Assembly: GCA_051252135.1 (NCBI GenBank)
Contig: JBPOGH010000025.1
Location: 1 to 48,562 of the forward strand
Source of the DNA: Verrucomicrobiaceae bacterium
Lineage (GTDB): Bacteria; Verrucomicrobiota; Verrucomicrobiia; Verrucomicrobiales; Akkermansiaceae
DNA length: 48,562 nt
Direction of reading: 5' to 3'
In this document: positions 1 to 12,123 of the stretch, piece by piece
How the letters are laid out: each line of letters starts with the position of its first letter
How positions within the stretch are numbered: position 1 is the first letter of the stretch
Made by a program: the position numbers and the translations under genes
Notes under the pieces: model-generated
Told to the model about the DNA's origin: nothing
Seen by the model: only the letters and a program-made list of their open reading frames with translations
The model's database searches: none

Positions 1-270
1 AGATTTGAGCACGAAGGATGAGATTTGAACGGCTTGGTTGGGAGGCTTGATGTCTGGGGCGTCGTCTTTGGGTTTGGTGGAGGGGGGATGAACTTTGAGA
101 TTTGAGCACGAAGGATGAGATTTGAACGGCTTGGTTGGGAGGCTTGATGTCTGGGGCGTCGTCTTTGGGTTTGGTGGAGGGGGGATGAACTTTGAGATTT
201 GAGCACGCAGGATGAGATTTGAACGGCTTGGTTGGGAGGCTTGATGTCTGGGGCGTCGTCTTTGGGTTTG
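1..270. repeat. 97-bp tandem repeat, about 2.8 copies, containing the GAGATTTGAGCACG...GAGATTTGAACGG repeat core
   Basis: AGATTTGAGCACG starts at 1, 98 and 195; copies nearly identical. Confidence 0.95.
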
Positions 271-296
271 GGTTTGGGGGAGATGTGGAGGTGGAG

Positions 297-350
297 GATG
301 GGGATGGGGATGGGGATGGGGATGGGGATGGGGATGGGGATGGGGATGGG
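297..350. repeat. (GATGGG)9 microsatellite
   Basis: Directly visible hexamer run. Confidence 0.95.
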
Positions 351-394
351 GAGAAGGGGCTTTATTTGAGGGGGGCTTGGGGTAGCGTTTTTGG

Positions 395-553
395 GTGGCG
401 GATATTTTTGATGAGGGGAAGCGGAGTTGGGTGATGTCGCGGATCACGGGGCGGGATACGAAGCCGGAGCGGTTGCTGCGGTCGTTGCTTCATCGGCGGG
501 GCGGGCGGTTTAAACTTAGTTTAAGGATTCGAGAATCCACCTTGCCTATCTAA
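395..553 (+). pseudogene. vsr: Truncated very-short-patch repair endonuclease (Vsr N-terminus only)
   Basis: GTG at 395 reads MADIFDEGKRSWVMSRITGRDTKPERLLRSLLHRRGGRF, the typical Vsr N-terminal signature (RS..MSRI...DTKPE..LR..LH..G.RF). It then runs into unrelated AT-rich sequence and stops at TAA 551-553 (52 aa versus about 140-155 aa for full Vsr). Not in the ORF track. Confidence 0.85.
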
Positions 554-577
554 TCCTCATAAATAGCCTGACGAAAG

Positions 578-3500
578 ATGGCCGGTTTAACTTCAGGGAT
601 ATATGATCACTTAATCAGCGAGAAGCTACGTTTAGCGTTAGATTCCCTCGATTCATCAGTTTCTTGCGCATCCTTTGAAAGGTTAGAGGAACCTCTCTCA
701 ACCGATTACCTAACTCGCTTCCTACGTTCGCGAATCCATCAGGCACTCTCTGTTGTCAAATACGACCAGCGCCTCGATCTAGCGAATCAGCTGCTCAAAT
801 CATTAGCTGAATTCGACAAAGAACTGACTTTTCTCAACGCCGAGAAAGTCGACAATTTGACCGAGATTCTCAGCGAGATCTCGCCTCTAAATCGGGAGAA
901 ATTTCTCCGCCCAACCACTTCACCAACGAGTCCGAGTCTTTTTACCGGCACAGGCACCAGTCCGCAGCTAGGTCGTGAATTAGAGCTGGAGCTGGAGAGT
1001 GCGGATAAGGTGGATATGCTCGTCTCGTTCATCAAGTCTGCCGGCCTAAAACTGTTACTGCCTGCTCTTAAAAAATTCACCGACCGAGGAGGGAAACTAC
1101 GTGTCATTACGACAACCTATCTCGGGGCATCAGACCCTATCGCTATTCGACTGATCAGCGGCCTTTCGAATACAGAAATTAAGATCAACTACGACACTAG
1201 GCACTCACGCCTCCATGCGAAGGCATATTTTATTCACCGTGACACGGGATTGTCTTGTGCCTTTATCGGTTCGGCAAATTTATCACATGCGGCGATGACC
1301 AGTGGTCTTGAATGGACTGTGAAATTACCTGCTACAGAGCTTCCCGATCTCTTCCGGCGCTGCGAAGCCGAGTTTAGCTCCTACTGGGAAGATGCCTCTT
1401 TTGTGAAATTCACAGCCTGCGATTTTGCTAAACTCGTCACAGCCACGAAACATGAGAAGGGAGTATTTACTGACCAAAGTACGATCCTGACCGTTTTTAA
1501 AATCCAGCCGTTTGATTACCAAAACGCGATTCTAGAAAGCCTCCAGTCCGCTCGCGATTCCCGAGGACACTTCCGGAATCTCGTCATCGCCGCCACTGGA
1601 ACTGGAAAAACGATGATTGCTGCATTCGACTACAAACGTTTACACGAGTGTGGAAAGAAGAAGCTCATCTTCCTGGCGCATCGGAAGGAGATTCTGGAAC
1701 AAGCGCGGGCTACATTCCGCCAAGTTCTACAGGACGGAAACTTTGGCGAATTTCTTTTCGATAATCATCAACCGGAAAAATACGACCACCTTTTCTGCAC
1801 CGTCGCAAGTTTCCATTCACGTAGCCTCATCGAGCGCTTCGGTGCCAGCCATTGGGACATGGTCATTCTCGATGAAGCCCATCACGGCATCGCTAGCACT
1901 TACCGCCCTATTCTGGAGGACCTCGACCCTGAACTCCTTCTCGGCCTCACAGCCACTCCAGAACGCGCTGACGGCACAACCATTGCCGATGATTTCGATA
2001 TGCCCGTAGCTGGAGAAATTCGCCTTCCTGATGCGTTAGAGCAAAAACTCCTCTGCCCTTTTCATTACTACGCCATCAGCGATCACACTACAGACCTCTC
2101 TGCAGTGGAATGGAAACGTGGAAAATACGACACTTCCGAAATTGAGAATCTCATCAGTGGAAATCAGCTTCGCGCCCAGCTCGTCATCGACAAAATCGTA
2201 GAGCATCTTCCCGATCCGTGCAATTCAGATGACTTCGAGCGTGACCACGTTAAGGGCCTAGGTTTCTGTGTCTCAAAGTCCCACGCCGCCTTCATGGCGA
2301 GCACCCTTGAGAAAGCAGGAATTCCAGCTGTCGCCATCGATTCTGACACCCCAACCGAGGAGCGCCGCTTGGCGAGGCAGCGACTTCAGAAGGGCGAAGT
2401 CAATTTCATCTTCACCGTTGATCTATTCAACGAAGGGGTAGATATCCCTGCCATTAACTGCCTTCTCTTTCTCCGACCCACGGAGAGTCACGTTCTCTAC
2501 CTCCAGCAATTTGGACGTGGGCTCCGGCACTCCGATGGCAAAGATCAGGTCATCGTCCTCGATTTCATACCACGTTCGCGGAGGGAATTTCGCTTCGACT
2601 TGCGCTTTACCTCGTTACTTCCCGGAAAACGGAAGGATATCATCTCGGAAGTCGAAACAGGATTTCCTCATCTTCCCTCTGGCTGCCACATTCAGCTTGA
2701 GAAGCAGGCGCGCGAAGAAATCTTAAAAAACATCAAGGATACCTATCGCAATCCGGAATTCCGCATCAGGGAGGCGTTCCTCAAGTGGAGCGATGGACCA
2801 CCTCCTTCATTCCACCAATTCATCTTGGAAACTGAGGAAAATCCGATCGATCTCCTCCTGAAACGTTCGTGGTCAGAGTGGAAAAAGATCGGAGGATTCG
2901 ATATTGAAACCGTAAACCAACTTGTCTGCCCTGATCTAAGGGCACTCGCACGATTGAGCGAGGTGACCAGTCGAAGCTATCTTCAAGCAATTGAGTCCTT
3001 CCTCGATGCCCCTTCGGTTTCAGAGCTCCATCCACTTGCCGCTTCAGCCCACTACCTGTTCTGGACGAAATCGCCGAAAGCCCTTGGGTTCAATACGTAT
3101 TCGGAAAGTTTTGCTGCAATTCGGAAAAATCGTCCTTTTGTAAAAGACGCACGCGAAATCATTGCTCACTCGATGAACTTCTCAACCGCTCAGCAAACCG
3201 TTTCCCTTCCTTTTAGTTGCCCATTGAATTTGCACGGAAAATACGGGATGCGCGAAGTGTCGGCGGCGTTCGGGAAAGCCAATCTGGAGTCTTCTGGCCC
3301 AACGGGGACAGGTGTCATTTCGGTCAAAGAGCACAAGCTCTACCTTCATTTCGTCACCTTCGAGAAAACTGAGAAACACTTTTCCGAAAGTACCATGTAT
3401 AGAGATTACCCGATCTCCCCAACCAGGTTACATTGGGAGAGCCAATCGAACACCTCTCAAAATACTCCGACTGGTCAAAACTACATCAATCACCACAAGC

Positions 3501-3691
3501 GTGGATACACGATTTTGTTTTTTGCACGGGTCCGCCGATCAAACGGAAAGCTGACCAGTGCATTTGTCTATCTTGGTCCTGGAAAGTTTGTGGGTGCCAA
3601 GGGGGACCGACCCATCGCCATTGAGTGGGAGCTCCAACACCCAATGCCTGCGGAGTTCTATCACGAGTCTAAGTTAGCTTCGGGGCTCTAG
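578..3691 (+). CDS. PLD-nuclease / SF2 DEAH helicase / DUF3427 fusion; SauUSI-like (type IV, modification-dependent) restriction endonuclease candidate
   Basis: LHAKAY...FIGSANLS PLD motifs, Walker A ATGTGKT, DEAHH, LTATPER, VDLFNEGVDIP, QQFGRGLR, and a C-terminal YRDYPISPTRLHWESQ typical of DUF3427. Composition differs from the flanks. Confidence 0.8.
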   Translation: MAGLTSGIYDHLISEKLRLALDSLDSSVSCASFERLEEPLSTDYLTRFLRSRIHQALSVVKYDQRLDLANQLLKSLAEFDKELTFLNAEKVDNLTEILSEISPLNREKFLRPTTSPTSPSLFTGTGTSPQLGRELELELESADKVDMLVSFIKSAGLKLLLPALKKFTDRGGKLRVITTTYLGASDPIAIRLISGLSNTEIKINYDTRHSRLHAKAYFIHRDTGLSCAFIGSANLSHAAMTSGLEWTVKLPATELPDLFRRCEAEFSSYWEDASFVKFTACDFAKLVTATKHEKGVFTDQSTILTVFKIQPFDYQNAILESLQSARDSRGHFRNLVIAATGTGKTMIAAFDYKRLHECGKKKLIFLAHRKEILEQARATFRQVLQDGNFGEFLFDNHQPEKYDHLFCTVASFHSRSLIERFGASHWDMVILDEAHHGIASTYRPILEDLDPELLLGLTATPERADGTTIADDFDMPVAGEIRLPDALEQKLLCPFHYYAISDHTTDLSAVEWKRGKYDTSEIENLISGNQLRAQLVIDKIVEHLPDPCNSDDFERDHVKGLGFCVSKSHAAFMASTLEKAGIPAVAIDSDTPTEERRLARQRLQKGEVNFIFTVDLFNEGVDIPAINCLLFLRPTESHVLYLQQFGRGLRHSDGKDQVIVLDFIPRSRREFRFDLRFTSLLPGKRKDIISEVETGFPHLPSGCHIQLEKQAREEILKNIKDTYRNPEFRIREAFLKWSDGPPPSFHQFILETEENPIDLLLKRSWSEWKKIGGFDIETVNQLVCPDLRALARLSEVTSRSYLQAIESFLDAPSVSELHPLAASAHYLFWTKSPKALGFNTYSESFAAIRKNRPFVKDAREIIAHSMNFSTAQQTVSLPFSCPLNLHGKYGMREVSAAFGKANLESSGPTGTGVISVKEHKLYLHFVTFEKTEKHFSESTMYRDYPISPTRLHWESQSNTSQNTPTGQNYINHHKRGYTILFFARVRRSNGKLTSAFVYLGPGKFVGAKGDRPIAIEWELQHPMPAEFYHESKLASGL

Positions 3692-3901
3692 TGCTCGTTG
3701 ATATGAATTTGTTTAGAGTAGAAATTTGAATGATCTTTGGGGGATCTTAAATGTGAGTTTTAAGGACGAGAGGTGGGGTTTAAAACGGGCTTGGAAGGGG
3801 AGCTTGGTATGAATTAGGAATTAACAATTGAGGATTGGGAAGGAAGGTGGATGCGACGTTTTCCGGCTTCCCTTCAGGATGCGTTGGGGGTGGTGGTTGG
3901 G

Positions 3902-3949
3902 TTCCTGGGGTTGAAACCCCAGGCTTTGGTCTTTGGTGCTTTCAGCACC
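3902..3949. repeat. REP-like double-hairpin element
   Basis: CCTGGGGTTGAAACCCCAGG palindrome plus GGTGCTTTCAGCACC; related copy at about 42391-42436. Confidence 0.7.
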
Positions 3950-3959
3950 TGGGAGAGGA

Positions 3960-4280
3960 AGGTGAAATTTGAGATTTGAGCACGAGAGGTGAGATTTGAA
4001 GACGAACAGTGAGATTTGAGCACGAACAGTGAGATTTGAACGTGCTTGGTTGGGGGGGAGGCGGGAATTTGGAATTTAGAATTAGGGATTAGGAATTGCT
4101 TGGTTGAGGGAAGGTGAGATTTGAGCACGAACAGTGAGATTTGAACGGGCGGAGGGAAGAGAAGGAAGGGTGGGAGAGAGTGTGGGAGTTGGGAGAGGGG
4201 GAATTTGAGATTTGAACACGAGAGGTGAGATTTGAACGTGCTTTGGTTGGGGGGGAGGCGGGAATTTGAGATTTGAGGGG
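3960..4280. repeat. Cluster of GAAATTTGAGATTTGAGCACG...GTGAGATTTGAACG repeats and 7-mer runs
   Basis: Several degenerate copies of the unit seen at 1-270 and 4877-5400. Confidence 0.9.
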
Positions 4281-4339
4281 GCTTGGTTGAGGGGGAAGTG
4301 GGGATTGCGTGTGGGGGGCGGGATGTTTATTGTTTTCGG

Positions 4340-4885
4340 ATGATCGATGAGAATTCGAGACGTGAGCGGGGCGATGGGGTTTCGCGGGAGGAGGTGGAGG
4401 TGATCTTGCGGGGGATGAGGGCGGTCTTCGGGGAAGCGGGGCGGACGGGTTTGGCGCGGGTGTTGGCGGGATCGAAGGCGAAGACGGTGAAGGAGGAGTG
4501 GAAGAAGAATCCTTCTTACGGGGCTTTTTTGGAGAGGTCGCAGCCGGAGATTCTGGAGATGATCGATTGGTGTCTCGATGAGGAGTATCTCCGGGTGGAG
4601 AAGCGGGACGGGTATCCTTTGCTATTGTATGCGGAGCGGGGATTGGCGATTGATGTGGAGCTGGCGGCGCGGGAGTTTCTGGAGGAGATGCGGGAGCGGG
4701 GATTTTTTTGGACGAAGGAGGAGTTGTTGAATGTGATTCCGCATCGGACGCTGGAGCGGGTTCTGGAGTTGATGAAGGAGGAGGGGGTGGAGAATTGGCG
4801 GGAGGTGCTGGAGACGTGGCATGAGCGGGGGACGCGACGGATGAAGGGGTGGATTGGGGAGTTGGGAAAGGAAGGTGAAATTTGA
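4340..4885 (+). CDS. RQC-domain (RecQ C-terminal winged-helix-like) DNA-binding protein
   Basis: ILRGM..V....GRTGLARVLAGSK.......NPSYGAF......I...IDWCLDEEYL......YPLL pattern. ATG 4340 is preferred because TATTGT lies 6 nt upstream. The stop codon is supplied by the downstream repeat. Confidence 0.7.
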   Translation: MIDENSRRERGDGVSREEVEVILRGMRAVFGEAGRTGLARVLAGSKAKTVKEEWKKNPSYGAFLERSQPEILEMIDWCLDEEYLRVEKRDGYPLLLYAERGLAIDVELAAREFLEEMRERGFFWTKEELLNVIPHRTLERVLELMKEEGVENWREVLETWHERGTRRMKGWIGELGKEGEI

Positions 4886-5400
4886 GATTTGAGCACGAAC
4901 AGTGAGATTTGAACGGGCTTGGTGGGGGGAGGTGAGATTTGAGATTTGAGCACGAACAGTGAGATTTGAACGGGCTTGGTTGGGGGAGGCGAAATTTGAG
5001 ATTTGAACACGAACAGTGAGATTTGAACGGGCTTGGGTGGAGAGGGATATGAAATTTGAGATTTGATCACGAGAGGTGAGATTTGAACGGGCTTGGTTGG
5101 GGAGGAGGTGAAATTTGAGATTTGAGCACGAACAGTGAGATTTGAACGGGCTTGGTTGGGGAGAAGGTGAAATTTGAGATTTGAGCACGAACAGGGAGAT
5201 TTGAAGGTTGGGTTCTGGGGATGAAAAAGCGCCCGTTGCTTTTGGCAGGGGCGCTTTTTAGAATTGGGAATTGGGCTTGGTTGGGGGGGATGTGAAATTT
5301 GAAATTTGAACACGAACAGTGAGATTTGAACGGGCTTGGATGAGGGAGGTGAGATTTGAACACGAACAGTGAGATTTGAACGGGCTTGGTGGGGGGGAGG
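4877..5400. repeat. Tandem array of about 57-60 bp units (about 8 copies) interrupted by a hairpin
   Basis: GAAATTTGAGATTTGAGCACGAACAGTGAGATTTGAACGGGCTTGG followed by a short variable G-rich linker. Confidence 0.95.
5224..5259. terminator. Bidirectional intrinsic terminator-like hairpin inside the repeat array
   Basis: AAAAAGCGCCC...GGGCGCTTTTT lying between convergent genes. Confidence 0.6.
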
Positions 5401-5442
5401 TTGAGGGGGCTTGGTTGGGGGGCTTGGATGGGGGGCGTTAGC

Positions 5443-6039
5443 CTAGAAGGCAACGCTCCATAGGTGGAAGTCTCCTTTGGGGAGACTTTTAGGGTTTTCG
5501 GCGATGTAGTTGCGGGTCCAGGTGAGGTGTTTCCCGGAGCGGATGAGGCGGTCGTAGTAGGTCTTTTGCCAGAGTTTGCCTGTGCGTCGGAGAGACTTGT
5601 TGATCTCGTTCGCGGTGAAGCTTTTGAGGGAGTGCATGACGTCTTCGAGCGGGTGGCCTTCTTTAAGCTGAAGAAGGGCGTGGACGTGGTTTGGCATGAC
5701 GACGAAGCAGTCCAACTCATAGCGCTCTTTGTCGAAATGGTGGAGGGCGTCGGCGACGATTTGATGGTGCTCGCGGAGGCAGCAGGAACCGTGGCAGTCA
5801 TCGAGTTTTTCTTCGAGAGGCAGAATGAAGCGACGCTGGTATTCGGTAGCCGTTTTTTGATCCCAGGGTTTGGGGTGGCAGGCGAGCCAGTCTGCTTTTT
5901 TACGGTTTAATTTCTCGATGACTTTCTCCGGAAGGGAGTCGGCGAGACGCCAGGTGACGAAGACGTAGGTGGAATCCTGGTGCCAGTGGGGGAGGCGGTA
6001 GCGGTGTTTCTCGATGTCTTTTTCGGGATCGAGAAACAT
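5443..6039 (-). mobile_element. REP-associated tyrosine transposase (RAYT, IS200/IS605-like HUH Y1 family)
   Basis: RLPHW...YVFVTWRLADSLP, VVMPNHVH (HUH), SLKSFTA, LWQKTYYDRLIR and YIAENP motifs; flanked by REP palindromes. Confidence 0.9.
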
Positions 6040-6050
6040 GGTTTTGGGCT

Positions 6051-6305
6051 TGGTTGAGGGGCGTTAGGCTGGAAGCCAGCGCTCCATATTCCTGGTTGAG
6101 GAGGCGTTAGGCTGGAAGCCAACGCTCCATATTCCTGGTTGAGGAGGCGTTAGGCTGGAAGCCAACGCTCCCTATTCCTGGTTGATGAGGCGTTAGGCTG
6201 GAAGCCAACGATCCATATTCTTGGTTGAGGGGGCGTTAGGCTGGAAGCCAACGATCCATATTGTTGGTTGAGGAGGTGTTAGGCTGGAAGCCAACGATCC
6301 CTATT
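6051..6305 (-). repeat. Six tandem 43-bp REP units upstream of the RAYT
   Basis: GCGTTAGGCTGGAAGCCAACGC core at 6061, 6104, 6147, 6190, 6233 and 6276; a variant copy at about 5435-5460 overlaps the RAYT stop. Confidence 0.95.
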
Positions 6306-9077
<2,772 letters not shown>

Positions 9078-9260
9078 TTCTTAGATGATGGATAAAGTTT
9101 GTGGAAAGGGGCTGCTGGGCGGGTTCTAGGGGGTTTGGAGCAGGATTTGAACCGCAAATACGAAAAGGGAGGAAGTTTTTTGGGGAAGGAGAGGGGCGGG
9201 GAATGGTGAGGGAGGAAGGTGGGGTTTGACCCGGGGGGTGAGGTTGCTAGGATGGGGGGA

Positions 9261-9593
9261 GTGAAAATCTTATTAGGACTGGGGCTGTTGGGACTGGGGT
9301 TGATGGCGGGTTGTGCTTCGAAGACGGAGGCGATTCCGGAAGTGACGCCGCAGATGGCCTCGGATTATGGTGAGCGTCAGGAGACGCTGGCGCGGGGGCG
9401 TGGGATTTACATGGCGCATTGTGCGCAGTGTCATGAGCGGATTTTGCCGGGTGAGATTGACCCGGAGTTTTGGCGCGGGGTGACACCGCACATGGCGGTG
9501 AAGGCGAAGCTGAGTGATGCGGAGGAGCGGCAGCTGCTGGGTTATCTGATGGTGGCCCATGCGGAGGTGCACGGATTGAATCCGGAGCATTAG
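9261..9593 (+). CDS. Small monoheme c-type cytochrome lipoprotein
   Basis: Lipobox-like LMAGC, heme motif CAQCH, distal PHM. Start is GTG 9261 or ATG 9252. Confidence 0.8.
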   Translation: MKILLGLGLLGLGLMAGCASKTEAIPEVTPQMASDYGERQETLARGRGIYMAHCAQCHERILPGEIDPEFWRGVTPHMAVKAKLSDAEERQLLGYLMVAHAEVHGLNPEH

Positions 9594-9606
9594 GGAGTGG
9601 GAGCAC

Positions 9607-9637
9607 AAAAAAAGCCCGGCGTTGGGGCCGGGCTTTT
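9607..9637. terminator. Bidirectional intrinsic terminator
   Basis: A7-GCCCGGC-loop-GCCGGGC-T4 between convergent genes. Confidence 0.85.
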
Positions 9638-9654
9638 GGAAGAGTTGGGCTTCG

Positions 9655-10938
9655 TTATTTGAAGCGGTAGTAACCGTCGGGGTTATACATGAAGTAAACG
9701 TCCTTGGGGTTACGGCGGGGGAGGTACATGACGGGGACGCCATTTTCATCGGCACCGGGGGTGATGTCGGTGGCGTAACCGGTGGTTTTGCGCTCGGGGG
9801 TTTTCCTGACGGCGTCGGGATCGACGAGGAGGGAGGTCTCGTGGATGCGCTGGACGATGGTGTCGACCCATTTGAGCTTCTGGGCTTCGTCGCCGAATTC
9901 GGTCCAATCGCCGGACTTGGTTTTCTCATACATTTGCTCGATGAACTCGTCCGAGGTGATGCCCATTTTTTCGGAGATGGGGTCGGCGAGGCGGGCCCAC
10001 CAGCGTTTCATGTCCTCGTAGGCTTCCTTGTGGTCGGTGAGGTTGAGGCTGGAGAAGAAGTAGGTTGAGGAGATTTGGTGATGAAGGATGATGGCGTTGG
10101 GATAGGCGTAGGACTTCTCGGCCAAGGTGGTGATGCAGGCGGCCATGGAGGCGGCGAATGATTTCACGACGACATAGACGGGGGCCTGTGAGCCTTCCAT
10201 GGCTTTCAGGATGCGGTATCCGGCCATGACGGAGCCACCGGGGGAGTCATCGATGACGATGAAGATGGGTTTTTTGGGGTCCTTGTTGTTGAAGTAATTG
10301 ATCTTAGTGGTGACGGCGTTGGCGAGAGAGGAGGTCACGGGGCCGTTGAAGGGGATGCGGCGATCCGAGATGACGAGGGTGCCGTCGGGCTTGAGAGGGT
10401 CGTCGAGGTATTGGGGCTCGGCGTCGGCGTAGGCGTCGCGCTTTTTCTTGGTTTCGATCTCGCGGATTTCGGCTTCCAGTTCGATGGAGCCGAGTGAGGC
10501 TTCGGTCTGGAGTTGCTTGAGCTCGTTGGAGGCACTTTCGAGCGCGAGTTTTGAGAGTTCGGAGTCGCGGGTGAGGCGGGCTTTTTCGGCTTCGAATTTC
10601 ACGAGTTCGTCGGCGTTTTCAGCGCCTTTTTGCATTGCCCGGGCTTCGAGTTGTTCGCGGAAGAGTTCTTTTTCGAGTTTGAGGCGGGCGATCTGGGCAC
10701 GGAGTTCGTTGGTCTCCTGCTTTTGTTTTTCGGCTTCGAGGGAATTGGCGCGGGTGAGGGCTTCGAGCTCATCGTCCTGCGCCTTCGGCTTCTCTTCAGG
10801 GGAGGCTTCCTTTGCCGGTGCGGCTTGGGCTGCTTCGGCGGTATTTTGGGCCGGGGCGGCGGGTTGAGCCTGTTCCTCCGCGAGGGCGGAGAGGGGGAGG
10901 ATGATGCTCGTTGTCAGTATCAGGGTGTTTTTGAACAT
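9655..10938 (-). CDS. Exported ClpP-family (S14) peptidase with N-terminal coiled coil
   Basis: Signal peptide (...PLSALA|EE), long E/K/L/A-rich coiled coil, then IDDSPGGSV, AASMAA (Ser), ILHHQ (His) and GDW....EA....VD. Confidence 0.85.
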   Translation of the reverse strand: MFKNTLILTTSIILPLSALAEEQAQPAAPAQNTAEAAQAAPAKEASPEEKPKAQDDELEALTRANSLEAEKQKQETNELRAQIARLKLEKELFREQLEARAMQKGAENADELVKFEAEKARLTRDSELSKLALESASNELKQLQTEASLGSIELEAEIREIETKKKRDAYADAEPQYLDDPLKPDGTLVISDRRIPFNGPVTSSLANAVTTKINYFNNKDPKKPIFIVIDDSPGGSVMAGYRILKAMEGSQAPVYVVVKSFAASMAACITTLAEKSYAYPNAIILHHQISSTYFFSSLNLTDHKEAYEDMKRWWARLADPISEKMGITSDEFIEQMYEKTKSGDWTEFGDEAQKLKWVDTIVQRIHETSLLVDPDAVRKTPERKTTGYATDITPGADENGVPVMYLPRRNPKDVYFMYNPDGYYRFK

Positions 10939-11384
10939 GGGTAACTAGTAGACAACGGGAGGCAAAATTCAATTCTTTTGACCCAAGGGGGGAGAGGGGG
11001 GGCTGGAGGAGTGGAAAAATTGTTATTTACTTAAGAGAATTGAAATTCGGGTTCTCAAGTATCCAAGAAAGTAAAAATTTACATTAGAGAGTGCCTAGTA
11101 ATAAGCACAGGAGGGAGTTTATGGGGAGTTGGTAGTTAGGAAATCAGGCATACTTCCGATCCGGACGGCACGGGGTGTGGAGTGGTGAGAGGTGTTTTGA
11201 TTTGGATTCCGGGCGCTGAAAATGTCCGGTAATGAGGACCATTTGGAATGGGTGATATTTTAGCGAAAGGGTTGGAGGTTTTTGATTGGGAAAGGTGGAT
11301 CGAGGGGGATGAGGCGATCAGGATCGCCGAGCTGTGGATGCCATTTCGGTTGTCCATTTGCCCCTCAAAAAAAACACCCTAACT

Positions 11385-12062
11385 ATGAAAAACACAGAAA
11401 TCATGGCGGCGATGGCATTTAGTGCCCTTACCGCTGTATCCTCAGCGCAAAGCACGACCTTTGCCCACTGGGACCTCAGTAACTCGAGTCATCCCAACAG
11501 TTCCGGTAACCTCACGCTCGATTGCGCGGTCTCCGGTTCATTGACGATGAATGGCGGGATCAACTATTCCTACGGAACTCCGGGAAGCGAAGGCACCTCC
11601 GGTTACAACTGCTTCGGCCACTGGGAAGACGCTGTGAATCCTGACAAGTATGTCGGTTTTAACGTGACCTTTGGCAACAGCCAGGCGGCCACTCTGACGG
11701 ACTTCAACTTTGATGTGCGGAGCTACAATACGCTCAGCGCCAATCCCGGTAAGATTGCAATCCGCGTCCTCAAGAACGGTTCGGCAGTCTATACCAACAC
11801 GAACGTTGCTTCCGGATTTACGACTGCCTGGCAGGATGCGACCGCGACCTTTGGTTCCGGAACGAATTTCCAGAGTGCTCTCGGTTCGACCGACACCTTC
11901 GAGGTGCGTCTGTATGCCTACGACATTGCGGGAACTCCACAGAGTCGTCCCCGTATCGGTCTGGACAACATTCGGATCAACGGACATTGCGTTCCCGAGC
12001 CGTCCGGTGCTGCTCTTGCCGCTCTCGGTTTGATTGCGCTTGGTGCACGTCGTCGTCGCTAG
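11385..12062 (+). CDS. PEP-CTERM sorting-domain surface protein
   Basis: Signal peptide from ATG 11385; C-terminal VPEPSGAALAALGLIALGARRRR. Confidence 0.92.
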   Translation: MKNTEIMAAMAFSALTAVSSAQSTTFAHWDLSNSSHPNSSGNLTLDCAVSGSLTMNGGINYSYGTPGSEGTSGYNCFGHWEDAVNPDKYVGFNVTFGNSQAATLTDFNFDVRSYNTLSANPGKIAIRVLKNGSAVYTNTNVASGFTTAWQDATATFGSGTNFQSALGSTDTFEVRLYAYDIAGTPQSRPRIGLDNIRINGHCVPEPSGAALAALGLIALGARRRR

Positions 12063-12088
12063 TACTGCGGTTTTAGACGAATCTTATC

Positions 12089-12123
12089 AAACCCCTGATC
12101 CCAGTAATGGGCAGGGGTTTTTT
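12089..12123 (+). terminator. Intrinsic terminator
   Basis: AAACCCCTG...CAGGGGTTTTTT. Confidence 0.8.

Noticed and set aside
219..434. 71-aa ORF with a GD repeat
   Set aside because: Translation of tandem repeat and microsatellite; overlaps the better-supported vsr frame
4516..5313. Minus-strand ORFs of 265 and 188 aa with QISNF/KSQIS repeats
   Set aside because: Read-through of the repeat array, antisense to the RQC gene
4877..5400. Possible CRISPR array
   Set aside because: The variable parts are only about 10-15 nt, G-rich and similar to one another rather than unique spacers; the repeats are degenerate; no cas genes in the window
6051..6305. Possible CRISPR array of 43-bp period
   Set aside because: Whole units are near-identical with no spacers; explained as REPs of the adjacent RAYT
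11160..11185. Sigma54 promoter upstream of the first PEP-CTERM gene
   Set aside because: GGCACG is present but the required GC at -12 is missing
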